A stretch of DNA of 64,000 nucleotides from Paraspadella gotoi (taxonomy: Eukaryota > Animalia > Chaetognatha), in assembly GCA_051294375.1 (NCBI GenBank), contig CM119266.1:18346087-18410086 (forward strand), in the 5' to 3' direction. Under the pieces are notes generated by a model. It saw only the letters and a list, made by a program, of their open reading frames with translations, was not told where the DNA came from and did no database searches. The position numbers and the translations under genes were made by a program. Shown in pieces: positions 30,801 to 43,334 of this stretch; positions within the stretch are counted from its first letter, which is position 1; each line of letters starts with the position of its first letter.

Positions 30801-33212
30801 TGACGCTTTGTGTTTCATTGCCATCGACACCGGAACCCATGTTGTATTGCATGTCGTTTTTTCCTGACAGAAATTTCATATAAAATACCAAATCAATAGT
30901 AGGTTGAGAATACTGAAATTGGCTCATTTACACATTTTAGCAATTTAAAAGAGTCAAAGACGGTAAAAATTAATTATTTATGGTGGACTAAAATCTATCG
31001 ATACTAAAATTCATCAGCTGCCATTGGTGCAAGAGGCAAGTCATTCTCCTCCCAACCCATGGTCCGGTGTTCTAGCCCGGTGGACGTCTATAACACGAAG
31101 TTACAGCCTGATCCGAAGCTCAGGGACTGCTTATATTTAACGGTTCTGTCATTAACTCATAACAATTATGAATGTCTCTTCATCTTTAAGCTTAGCTTAT
31201 TTTATCTCAGGCAAACATACCCTCGTATAAATTCATAGTTCTACATAGTATTTTTGAACATTTCTATGATTTTCCTAGAAACTGATGACAAAAGATCCGA
31301 AAATTTTGAACCATTAGTACTAATAATTACTAATTAGTAATAATTAATAAATCAATCCAACCTTTCCATCTTACCGACTCTGATGTCCAGCGCAGGATCC
31401 TCCTCCATCCCTCGATCGTCGTCCTCAACGTCGACGTCGTCATCGACGCATCCCAAGTCGTCGGCCGGCGCGACATCGGCCGGCTCTGGCTCTGCGTCCA
31501 TGTCGAAGGCGTACTTGTCGGCGGCGGGATTCTTCACGCTCTCGAGAATGGAGGCGTCAACATCTCCGTCCCCGTCGCGTCCGAATTTAAAGTCTTTGAG
31601 CGAAGGGCAGATGAGGCGGTCGGAGAGGCTCGACGTCTCGAGCAGATCGAGGCTGACGCAAAAGGACCGATCAACGGCTTCAGCGGCGGCGGCGCGTTCG
31701 GCGGCGAGATCTCTCGGGGCGTTGGAGTCCAAGAGAAAAGAGTTCGAGTCGTCGAAGGAGTGGAGATGGTTGAGAAGGAGGCCGCCCGTCCCGGAGTCGA
31801 AGGTCTCGCTCAAGATTTGGAAGAGAGGCTCCTTCTCGAAGTTGGACTCGAAACTGGAAGGGAAACGTTGGTATTTTGATATGATTTTTTAATAATTCAT
31901 TTATTCACTCATCCATTGAAAGAACGGTTCTTTATTCACCATTGATTCGTTTATTTCATTAACCATTAGTCGATTAAATGAATTAATGATTGATTAAATT
32001 GTTTAATCTATTCATTCATCTATTTACGTATTCAATCAAATCAAATCAAATAAATCAGTCTACGGTGGACTAAAATCCACCAACCGTTCATCAGCGGCCA
32101 TTGGTACCGGAGGCAAGTCATTCGCCTCCCAACCCAAAGGTCCGGGGTTCTAGCCCGGTGGTCGCCTAGCAGTTAAGAGGGACGGGGCGTTTAACCCGCC
32201 TGTAACACGATGTTACAGCCGGATCCGAAGCTCAGGGACTGCTTATATTGAACGGTTCTGTCACTAACACATAACAATTATCACTGTCTCATCAGTTTCC
32301 CTTTCCACGTATTAACTCGAATCGCGAGACCCGGATGTTATTCAAATTCGTTTCGATCGTCTTTCCCTTCCTCATCTTCTTCTTCCTTTTCTTGGCTTCG
32401 TCTCCGGCGCCGGTCTGAGCGGCGGCGTCGTCCATCGTCTCTGAAGCGGCGTCGTCGTCGATGACGCCAGAGTCGACGCCGGATGGGCGTGTCTTGTTAC
32501 TGGAGACGAGGTTCACCATCATCTGGTTCGTTTTGTCCCAAACGTTCATCACGCGACAAGAGTAGATCTTCGCGCTGGAAAAGTTATGATTGAAAGTTGT
32601 GGGACATGACAGTTTCTCTCTCTCAGACAGACCTGGCGTCCAACGAGGCGCTGGCCATCTGGAAATTGGTGCCGTTTTTGTGCAAAATGTCCCTCATGTA
32701 GTCGATGAGGTTGAGGCTGAATGCGTTGCCTTTGCTGATCTTGTTTTCGCTGCTGAGTTTGATGCAGTCCATGTAGTGATCAGCCAGTTGATCGTGGGAC
32801 AAGTTTCGTCCTTCCAGAGCTTAACAAAAATTAACTGACGTCTTATTTGTAATAATAGAAATAAATACACGAATGACATACTTAGCCCGGAAACATTATC
32901 GTCAACTCAATAGTACTCACCTTTTTTGCTCTTCTTCCCAAACGGACTCCCCTGCGCCGCATCGCGTTCGACGCCGGAAAAGCGGCGCGATTTCCGGCGC
33001 GCCGTCTTCTCGGCGGCGTCGTCGTTTTCGGCGATGCCATCTTGACTGAAGGACTGATCTAGCGAGGAAGATCCTGGGGATCTGGGGGGGAGATTGAAAA
33101 TTTGGATGCAAGATAGTGATGGGAAGTAGGACGCGATAAAGAGACGCAACTGAAAGAAAGCTCACCCGAAAGGAGCGACATGGCCAATGGATTTCCGGTT
33201 GAGCCCCGGCAT
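27829..33212 (-). CDS. NCAPH: Condensin complex subunit 2 (kleisin, barren)
   Basis: Multi-exon: CIKLSSENKISKGNAFSLNLIDYM..TNFQMASASLDASAKIYSCRV; EPLFQILSETFD; AGPDHWK; YAKQ..IDIKRLK; C-terminal SVPLAFVSMLYVTNEKNLKI, TAG at 27829-27831. Start codon less certain. Confidence 0.92.
27974..28138 (-). mobile_element. LINE-like 3' tail family C
   Basis: AAATTGGTACAACCAATATAAAAATTAT..GCTATCTTGCCCCTG..GGTGGTTTAAGGCCTCCATCACTCTTACAA; internal insertion flanked by duplicated TTGGACAG. Confidence 0.65.
28800..28992. repeat. Degenerate intronic minisatellite (GCAGCAGCAG..A-run..CTGCAGAGCCAGCTGCA)
   Basis: Two to three imperfect tandem units. Confidence 0.75.
30979..31182 (+). mobile_element. tRNA-derived SINE family A, diverged copy with internal deletion
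   Basis: Homologous to 27545-27778. Confidence 0.75.
32061..32294 (+). mobile_element. tRNA-derived SINE family A, full length
   Basis: Homologous to 27545-27778; ATCAGT at both flanks; ends ~20 nt from an NCAPH donor. Confidence 0.8.
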
Positions 33213-34363
33213 TTTCTCTTTTTACAGAGACAATTTATATTGATAAGTTTACAAATATTTTTTTTTTAAACTGAAAAATAAAATCGCCAGTATTAGAATT
33301 TCGGGATGAAAAAAATATTGTAAAGATAAATGTATAATATTCCAAAGTAAAAAAAGCGAATAAAAAATTGATTGGAAAAGCAAATTAATCAAGTAAATTG
33401 GTCAAATACACCCAATTCTAAATACTAAATATAAAGAAAACACTACAAATGATGAGCAGTAATTTTTGTAGGATGGCTCACCTTGATACGGCATGGAAAA
33501 GACAAAAAACTACCCCTCGATGCCAGGAAGGCGTTGACATCGCCCATGTCTGTCCCAATTGGTGTCACGCTCGTCACAACTAAAAAAGTTTACAGCAGCG
33601 TGAAGGGAATATGATATAACACAAACACAAGCTTAATCATAATCAAAACAGTCGGACAGAAGATAAATACGCTTTCATAATACGTGGGACTTTGCCAAGC
33701 TTTTCGTTAATATTAAAGTTATTTCCTTTTGTTTTCGAATATGTCAATATGTCAAACGAAATTATAATACGTCCAACGGCGAAAAGAAATATTGTGGGAA
33801 TTAAAAATTATTATTATTATTATTATGATAGTTTTTCAGAGTTGTAATTCTGACAAGGCGATATGATTCATTGATGGTATTTCTTAATTACCATTTCTTA
33901 CTTACTTCATTACTTGCCAGCAGTAAAATCATAAGAATTAATAACTTCATTTTTATTTAAGAAAACGCTATATTTCGAAGACTTGTTTTCCTCAAAGGCG
34001 CAAAAAGATATAACATTTAAAAAATTCATTTCTGAAAAAAAATTCAGAGAACAAAAGAAAACATTGGGTCAGAAAATTACAAAAAATTATCTCCCTCTCG
34101 TGATTCAATAATTCTTATAATTTTACTGCTGGCAAGTAAAGACTGAAGAAATACCATTATTATTATTATGAGTAAATAGGTATGTGACATTTTACCTCGA
34201 TTTTCTATTTTATACCCTGTAATGCCATTAGTGTGTCTAAAGCAACCATTTCAAGTTTAAGCTAATCAAAATATTCTACTCTACTTTCACGAAGGAACGC
34301 AAACGCGATAGCGAGAGAAGCGAATATGATGGAATAAAGGGAATCGTGGTAGCTTAACGATTT

Positions 34364-35143
34364 CTACCAGGGAATCAGCCTGCCGGACTCGTGGTAATCG
34401 TAATTATGAAACTTTCCCGGTTCCATTTTCTGCATGGTTTTGATCAGGTGACCAATCGCTTCTTCGGGAGAGAGGGCGGCATGCGCCCCACCCAGTTCAG
34501 TGCGCACCCAGCCTGGATGCACGCAGGCCACCATGATCCCTTCCTCCGCGAATTCGACTGCCAAACACTTGGTGATCATGTTAAGGGCGGCCTTTGCGGC
34601 CTTCATGGCGTAGTGCGGAAAAGACTGGGGATAATTGGTGGCTGTGATGGAGCCCATGGTGCCGGAGATCATGACGACGGCGGCGCGAGAGATGCTGGAC
34701 CGCCGGCGGTGAGGATCGGGGTCGCATTCCGCCGCCCGCTTGAGGAGAGGGTGGAAGATCTTGGATATGACGAGGGGCGCGGCTGCGTTGACGCGGAAGA
34801 TCTCCTCAACGGAGGACATGGAGAAAGCGGAGGGATCCGTCTTCCCCGGAAACACGACTGCATTGTGGATTAAAAGGGAGAGGCCTTTCGGGCAGAGGTG
34901 CTTGGAGGCCTCTTCGAACAAAGCCTGCGCCGCCCGCTCGTCAGAGACGTCAAGCGGACGGATATGAATCTTGGTCGAGGCTGAGGATTGTTCGGCCAGG
35001 GCTTTTAACTCCGTGGCGGAGGAAGGATCGCGGCAGGTGGCGATGATGACGTCGGGGGGCGGGTCGGCGCGCGCCATCTGTCGAACGAGCTCGAGACCGA
35101 GGCCGCGGTTGGCGCCCGTCACCATGATCGCTGAGGCCACCAT
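34364..35143 (-). CDS. Short-chain dehydrogenase/reductase, C-factor/sniffer-like, intronless CDS
   Basis: 259 aa; TGANRGLG Rossmann motif, IIATCR, AAVVMIS, KAALNM, VHPGWVRTELGG, terminal IPW. Confidence 0.92.
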   Translation of the reverse strand: MVASAIMVTGANRGLGLELVRQMARADPPPDVIIATCRDPSSATELKALAEQSSASTKIHIRPLDVSDERAAQALFEEASKHLCPKGLSLLIHNAVVFPGKTDPSAFSMSSVEEIFRVNAAAPLVISKIFHPLLKRAAECDPDPHRRRSSISRAAVVMISGTMGSITATNYPQSFPHYAMKAAKAALNMITKCLAVEFAEEGIMVACVHPGWVRTELGGAHAALSPEEAIGHLIKTMQKMEPGKFHNYDYHESGRLIPW

Positions 35144-36902
35144 GATTTTTGGGTTTGATTATGAGAGCAGACCTGCAATTTGATTTTACGTAAAGTTAAC
35201 TGTGATCTTAAATCTTTTCTTTGCAATATTTATCATAATTTGTTAGCATTTCCCCCCCGCGCGAGGTTTTTTCAAATTTTTAGGTTAGTTTAGTTTTACT
35301 TCAACAATCAACAGCAAGTTTCTGCTCCTCTGTAAATCCAAGCTCAAATCCGTTTCGCGTCCTTTGGGTTTCATCGTTGAGTTGAAGACGCCGATTCCAT
35401 CGGATCAGCGACATTACTACATATTCATAAACTGTTATATATTTTAGCCTCGAAGCTGACTCGCGGAACCGACTCAAATAACGAATCACGATACTTGAAA
35501 ATTTGTTAAGTTTGTTAATTTACGAATGTTAATTTTTTCTTATTTTTTAAATCTCTAAACATACGATAGTTCTGATTATATTTTCGAAATCTGCGAAATC
35601 ATATCTTTCGTTTGATATATTAATGATTTTTATTTTTCCTGATAATAATTTTATACATTTAAACAAGCAAACAAACGGATCATAGTAAAAGTGACATGCT
35701 TTCGATTAGGTTCGATCGAGTTGTATAGAAAACTGTACAATTCTTATTTTTCGCTTATACTTACGAATTATCAGAGTAATTGAATATTTTTTTAATATCA
35801 GATCGATTGAATATATGTAATTTAAATTTAAAAGGATTTCAAGCGACAATGAAGTCTAACCCCACTCAATTACAACCACAATTACAACCAATTACAACCA
35901 CAATTACACGGATTTCGGATTTGGCGCGAGAATTTCAATTTCTCTGTCGTGAGGAGAACGAAGAATCAACGAATCTCCGCAGCGGACGATCGATTCCGGC
36001 AACGAGAGACGAGACGACATCTGGTGGAAGATGGCTTACTTCGACCTAACAAAAAGGACCACTGTATTGGACTTTTTTCTTCTGAAAGAACATTGTTGAC
36101 AGAAACATTTTTATCCGACTTCGGTATCTTGAAATACAAATCGGTTTTACCGCAATCAATTTTATAAATATGAAGCCTTTTTGTCTTAACTTGAAAGAGT
36201 CGTTCCAGGCGATCACAACGTTCGATGATCGATTAGGTACGTTGGGAAGCCAACAGTTGCAACGCAGAGTTGGATCAATATTCTCTGTTTTTGACATTCA
36301 GTAAAGGATTTTTTTTACTAACCTAATAAGTACCTTTATATAACAATCACTGATCGGCTAGTAAGCAATGAGTGAAAAAATATTTTTTTCAAAAATTTAT
36401 TTAATATAAGGTCATAACTATACGCACTACGCAACAACCTGATCGAAAATTTAGGAACTCTTAATGTATCGCGAAGAAAAAAAAATTGAGTAATGTGTAA
36501 TTACAATTTCATTAGCAATTTCATGAATTACATTTTATTTAACCTTGCAAACAAAAAAGGAGGAAATAATTATTTTTAAAGATCCGTGCTTATATTATAT
36601 AATTAACATGAGAAAAGTGGATTCCAACTTTTAAAAGAATGAAGAATAATTGTTTTATTTGAAAAGACATTTAAGGGCGCGATAAAACATTTTTTTTATT
36701 TAACTTAACACCCCATTCATTAACACCCATGGTAACAATCAATAATAAATTCTCTAACAAAGATTTTTTTTCATTTAAAGATATGAATCCACTTCTTTGC
36801 CGCAGTCAATTTTCTCCATGTGTATACGTATGAGAATGAGGAACCTTTAAAATACAGCAATACAAAAATATTCAAAAAGCTAAACTGAAACAATCCTTAT
36901 CT

Positions 36903-39900
36903 TCAGTATCCAGGATATCCTCCTCCGCCGTGGGAATAACCATCGTAACTTCCGGACCCATCGTGTTGCTAAAATTACATAATTAAATTTTATCTCATTT
37001 ACTAATTAACAGCAAAGTGTATGAACTAACACGTTTATCAAACACTTACACGAGTGGAACCAGCATCAGAAATATTTGCAAGAAGATTGGGTCCAACTTC
37101 CAGCAGATTGTCCAGCGCTTTTTGGACTTTCGGATCGTCAAAACTCAAACCCCCTCCCCTACTTTAAAATGAAAAAGAAGTAATGTTTTCTAATTTATTG
37201 CATGTATTTCGTTAATTGTAATTGATATTTTAATTTAAATACCTATGTCCCGAAGAATCATAAGCAGGGGGTGATTTCGACGAAACTGCAACTGTTTCTG
37301 GGGACATAATGTTCATTATCTTGCTCTGAATGGCACCGTGCCGATACTTGCTCGCGTGTAATAATTCATCTGAAATTAACTGAAGCTTTAACTAATAGTA
37401 GCAAAAGCTAAAACTAGCAGTAAAATATATAATTAAACTTAAACCCATAAAATTTATAGAATATTTAACGTATCTAAAACGTTTGGACCTTTCACCATTG
37501 ACCCCTTATGCCCATTAAGAATATGACCCCATGATCAAATAATTTTAATCTAAACCATTTCTTCACCAGGGGAAGGTTCTGGTGGCAACCCTTTTGAGAT
37601 TAGAAGTCGGTTTTTACGATCGCGAATGTGATCTTGAATTCGGTCCAATTCCTCAACAGAAAGATATCTACCATCAGCCAGATAACCCAGCAAATGAGTC
37701 AAAGGAATTTTCATTGCTTCGTCCTTTCGTTGCCTCTCGGCTTTTTCTGAAATCAAATGGGTATCATAAGCTAAAGTCATCATTAACACACACCATTGAT
37801 GGTCGAAATAAGTTTCTCGGACCTTTTAATATGGCGATGTACGCATCAAAACTTTTAGCGATAAAAGCCACCGCGTCCTCCAACGGCATGTTGCGATGCT
37901 CTGTTTGAAAACGGAATTTAAAAACGATTTTTTTATTCAAATTTGAACCAAAAAAAAATTGAATAAAAATTTTAATTTTGTGAAAACCGTCGAAAATTAG
38001 GATTCGTGTTAATTTTTTAAAAGCACAAATTTGAACTTGAAGACAAAGAAAAATTTGGTCTTGAGAAAAACCGCGCGTCGAAAAAAGAAAACGATCAGAA
38101 AACGAAGGGCGAAAAATGTGGGAAAATATTTTATTCTGTAAACATTTATTTTTCTCTTTGAAATGATGAGGAAAATATACTTTAAAATGGGAGTTTTTCA
38201 TTATGTAAAGACGAGTCTGGGAATCGAAAATCGATGGAAAAAAATATGTTGCGGGGAAAAACGAAATTGGACGAAAAAAAACTGCTCAAAATTGAGAAAA
38301 GATTCTTTTTGGCAGATTTGAAGGACGCAAGGTCTTCATATTATCTGAAAAGGCAAATGTTGACTGTCTTCCTCCTCAACGTCGTAAATATGGAATAAAA
38401 TTTCGATCAAGTATATTTTTTAAGTATAAATCGCGAGAAATAAATTGCCAGTTAAAACATATGTCATGATGGAATAGAAAACGACGAAAAGACAATTGAC
38501 CAGACTCTTGCCGAACAGTCTTTTTACCTTGAGGAGTCCCTTGCAATATATTCAGGGTCAATGATCTGTGCATTTCATGTTGTTGAGATACAGTTATCGC
38601 GTACATTGTTCCTCGTCTTCCAATGTCTTCAATGGCCTAGGCGTAAACATTGTAAATCAAAGTTCAATGTTACATCTTCTGATTTTCTTTCTACTCGATT
38701 TTTTCCAAATTCTTCTTCCAGTTAAACTCAAAATTCATCTCACATATGACATAAAAAGGCTCCCATAACCGACTACAGAATTTTTTATTTCACAATAAAA
38801 TTAATATTTTTTATATTTCGAACCGGCTGAAGATTCTTTTCGTCTGTGAGAAAGACCATGTCAGTGAGGATTCCATATTCCTTAATCCGATTCTCGATGC
38901 TCTCCGCGTAATCACGCTGCGTCTTGTGAATCACGACGAGGTACGCGTCGGTCGGTCGATCCTTCACGGGATCCTTGGGTGGCGGCGGGGGCGGCGGGAG
39001 ATCGCGTGGGTCTCTGCGGTTGGTAGAGTTCACTTTTGACCATAAGCCCATCTTACCGTCCATGCCCTAAAATTCCACGAACCAAGTCTTGCAACCAACC
39101 AACCATCCCTTACCGTCTCCCGTGATCGTCTTCGGGTCGGCGGTGAGGATCATCTCTTCGATGATAATCGTCGTAGGCAGAGGATCGTTTGTAGTCGTAG
39201 GGATCGTCGCGTCGAGGGTAATCACGTTCGCGATCTCGCTCCCGGTCACGACTTGATTAAATATAATTAGTAATTTAATCTTTTGATATGAAATTGGTAC
39301 AACCAATATAAAAATTATCCATTCATTTAATAAATAATTTATCTTGCCCCTGACTTTGGACAGGCTTCGGTGGTTTAAGGCCTCAATCACTCTTACAAGA
39401 TTACAAGATTATTACATAGCAGGTCCCTTCAAGCTTCCAATCAAGACCCTCTCACAGTCTCTCTCTCTAGAATGAATTATAAACATTACTAATCTCGTCT
39501 CACCTAGGCGGGTAAGGATCCCGTCTGTAAGAGTCCTCTCGCCTGTCGTAACCGTGAGGCGATCGTGATCTGTCGCTGGGATAATATCTGTCCGAGGAGG
39601 GAGGGGGATCGCGGCCGCGACTGCGAATAGAAAACGATAGAGTACTTTAATCTCATTTGCATATTGTTGTATTTACATTTATTTAAATGAATTTATGTTT
39701 TCGAAACCAAAAAAAAAAAAAAAAAAAGAAAAAAGATTTACGGTGTCAATGCTGATTAAATAAAGATGATTATTGATAGACCCAAAAGTTAGTAATATAC
39801 AGACATCGAGTTTCATAAAAAACGTTTGCACACTTAATCAGACGTATATATAAATAATTTTCGTATAAAAATATTTAAGTTTAATGCATCGAACATAAGA

Positions 39901-42900
39901 GATCCCGAGATCGAATACGTCATTTCGTATCTTTTTAATGTTAAAGACCGGTCAAGCCGGTCAAAAAGAACAAAAGATACTAGCGAACCTGGCGGATATT
40001 CGCGAATTTTTCATAAAAAGAGCATCTTTTCCTGTGGAAATCTGACGATGAGTTAGTTTTTTTTTAATAACATATGTATTATTAATAATATTTTTCTATG
40101 TTTTATTAATAATTTCATAATGCTTAATAATTTTATAAGTTTTTAGTTGCTGCATGTTGTGATTTTTAATATTTTTTCTGTTTTTTATAGGAAAACATTT
40201 TAGAAATTAATCGCTATTTTTTGTTTTGCTGTACTGAAATTCAGTCTGAACATATATTTAAAGAGAAATTAATATAAAAATATGATCTTATATAGTCAAA
40301 TGATAAATAACAATAAATATAATTAATATTTAATAAAAGATGAAATTTTTTAACAATGACAATATTTATACAAAAACATAAATGCTTTAAACGGATATGA
40401 TTGATTACAATTTTATCCCCTTCTTCTTAAACTATTATTATATTATAGAAGTCATTTTTCCTATGTACTATAGTTTCATTTTTATAACTATTAATAGGCC
40501 AATAATTAAGGATGAATGAGGGTTTGAGCATCCATAGTCAAACTTTTTTCAATTATAAAAAATTATCTCAGATTTTTTTTTAGTTTTTAGTCATTGTATT
40601 ATTATTTTCATTTGTTGTTTGATTTAGAGACGAAATAATAACTTTTAATTTGGTTAACAATAACGACATAATGTTTTTACATAAAAATGGACATTTTCGA
40701 ACTAATTGTTAGCCTTCATCGTTGTTGTTAACAATTAAAATGTTATCATATTATCATATTGTTTTTAATCGTAATTTGTTTACTCACTTTTTCAATCTGG
40801 TTGATTGAAGAATTAACAAAGCAATCTATCATTATTTACATACAATAGGTTTCGATTAATTTTATAATTAATTGACATGTTTTGATTTAAAAAACTTATA
40901 AAACAAAAGCAATTCTTTAAAATCTTGGAAGTTAAGTTTTCCCTCTCAAAAGTTCTCCGTTTTCTTTTATAAATGAAAGTAGTTTTTTGATTATGATCAG
41001 AAAATTAAACAAATTAATAGAGACAGTTATTTATACCATATCAAAAAATAGAGTCCCGGTTCATGTTGCCTCAAACACAAAAAGGATCCAATCTCCAATC
41101 TATGTATTTGCTATTCAAATTTAGTAATATTTATTAGATTGTATTTAATTTTCTTCCTGATCATTCAAACATAATATACTTAAATCATTGATTATGATAT
41201 TGAATGGATCTTTTCACTTATCTATATGTATATACGGTGTAGCAGGATTGTGCCCACGTATTATTGGGCCCATAAAATTGCGCCCCTAGGATTGCACCCA
41301 TGTAGCATTGGGCCCACATACAATTGCAACCATAGTATTCCGCCCACGTATTCCACGTATTCCTAAGTGGGTACAATCCTAATGGAACCTAGTTGACTAA
41401 AAATTACTTTAAAAAATATAGAAAAATATTCATTAATAATTTTAAATAATTTAAATTCTTTCTTTGCAGTAATTTTTAAAATAATTTTTTTATTAATTAT
41501 TATTATTAAATTATTAAATACTAATATTAATATTAGTATTATTATTTTTTTTTAAATTTTACTTTTATTGGTTATTTTAATCTTTGTTATCAAGATTTAC
41601 CTATTTATTAAAGCACGTATAATAGTAACTTAAACGAATGAATTATACAATTTATAATACAATTTATATTATATTATATGTAATAAGGAACTTAAACAAG
41701 CAAAATAGTTAATATTTTATTTTATGTAAAAATCTCTTTGAATTCTCATTTTGGTAAGAAAAAGAAGCATTCAAGATCTCATTTAATTGCTATTTTTGTC
41801 TTATTTATATAGTATAAATACTATAAATTATTTATATTTATAAAATATATATTCTAAAAACTATAATATTCAATTATTTATTATATTACAATAATAAAAC
41901 GTTTAAAATTACGCGAATAAAGAGCGTCATCGTTATCTGACAAATTCGATCGTAAGCTAATTTGCATAATTTAGGAGCCAGATAAAAATCGACCGGGATC
42001 TCTCATGTTGAGAATTTCAAATCGAATAAAAGGTGTTTTAAATTAAAGTATATATATGTGTGATCACTTGTGTGAACGTTTTTGAAAATCTGAATCCATC
42101 TTGATACACTATTATTGACAGGATAGTTAATACATTATAATTATTATTATTATTACAATAAAAATAAGCTATGAGAATAAGAAGAAATCGAGCTCCAGTA
42201 TGGACCAACTCTCACCCTCTATTGTAGTCTTCTCGAGGATACTTGTGCTTCTCATATTGGCCGCTGGCGTGGTAAGGGCGTTTTAGCGGCGGATTGCCAC
42301 CTCTGCCTTCCTTGGCGAGTTTTACGTCGATCTTGAGTCCATGGTAGAGTGTACCACCTTCCTCTTGGATGGCCAATCTCGCCTCCTCCACGCGTTCGTA
42401 CTGGATGAAACCGAATCCCTTGTGGACAGAGCAACCTGGATTGGAAGAAGGAATCGAGAGTCGCAAAGGGATGCGCGAGCACTGCGAAGGGCGAGACGCG
42501 GAAGACTTACCCAAAATCTTTCCGTATTTGCAGAACTTTTCTTCGACTTCTCTCTTCCCCACTTGATCCGTGGGAAGATTTCCGATGAAGAGGCGCGATT
42601 CTAGCAACTCGGGATCGTCGCTGTTCGTGATGCTGATCACAAAAATGTAACATTATCGCCATTTAATAAGGTAAATAGGGTAAAGAGTATTCAATTTTTA
42701 GTATAGTATTACTCCTTAACATTCTCTTTCATTCCATTTGTCACAATACATAACTTTAAAATCGACAAACCTTGAGAAGCCGTGGTCAGGCCGGGACTCC
42801 ACGCGTCTAACTACGGGACCATCCCTGATGTAATTTTAAGAGAGAGAATCTCTTAAAACTCAGTCATAGGAAGTAGACCAGTTCGAGAGACAATTACCTC

Positions 42901-43149
42901 CTTGAGTCAGTTGGCGGATTCCCTCTGTTTTCGCTGGCACCTCTTTCCCTCACCGGATGTCTGTCCTCTCTGTCGATTCTGTCGCGATCGCTTCCATTCG
43001 TTTTTCCCTGACCGAAAAAAAGAAATATTGCAGAGAAAACTCGCCCATCTGGCTCATTGGTGAGTGGTGACCCAATATGAACGAACCTCGGGAGTGGATT
43101 CCTTCTCGTCCTTGGGTAATTCCTTCACTTCGTCAGATTCTTGACTCAT
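36903..43149 (-). CDS. NCOA5: Nuclear receptor coactivator 5 / Neosin-like (N-terminal RRM, RD repeats, anticodon-binding-like domain)
   Basis: ITNSDDPELLESRLFIGNLPT..VHKGFGFIQY; QRDYAESIENRI; YAITVSQQHEMHRSLTLNILQGTPQ|EHRNMPLEDA; LSFDDPKVQKALDNLL; stop TGA 36903-36905. Confidence 0.88.
39286..39470 (-). mobile_element. LINE-like 3' tail family C
   Basis: Homologous to 63103-63290. Confidence 0.7.
39790..42110. mobile_element. Old DNA-transposon derivative with degenerate ~130-bp TIRs
   Basis: AAAAACGTTTGCAC..ATATATA..AACATAAGAGATCCCG versus CGGGATCTCTCATGTT..TATATAT..GTGAACGTTTTT; very AT-rich interior; ends imprecise. Confidence 0.45.
41246..41350. repeat. Short tandem ATTGNGCCCA units
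   Basis: About 6 imperfect units of 14-20 bp, resembling transposon subterminal repeats. Confidence 0.6.
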
Positions 43150-43334
43150 TGTACTTCGCTATCGAGTTTTATTTTAATAATAATGCTTGACCGTCTTTAA
43201 TGAGAATAAATCTTATCACTAAAAAAATCAAACTAGAATGAAGCTCAGCTTCGACAAAAGCCAACAAAACACTTCGCTCAAAGAAACAAACCATAAAAGT
43301 CCATAAGTCGAACAAGTTCAAAAAAGCTATTCCA

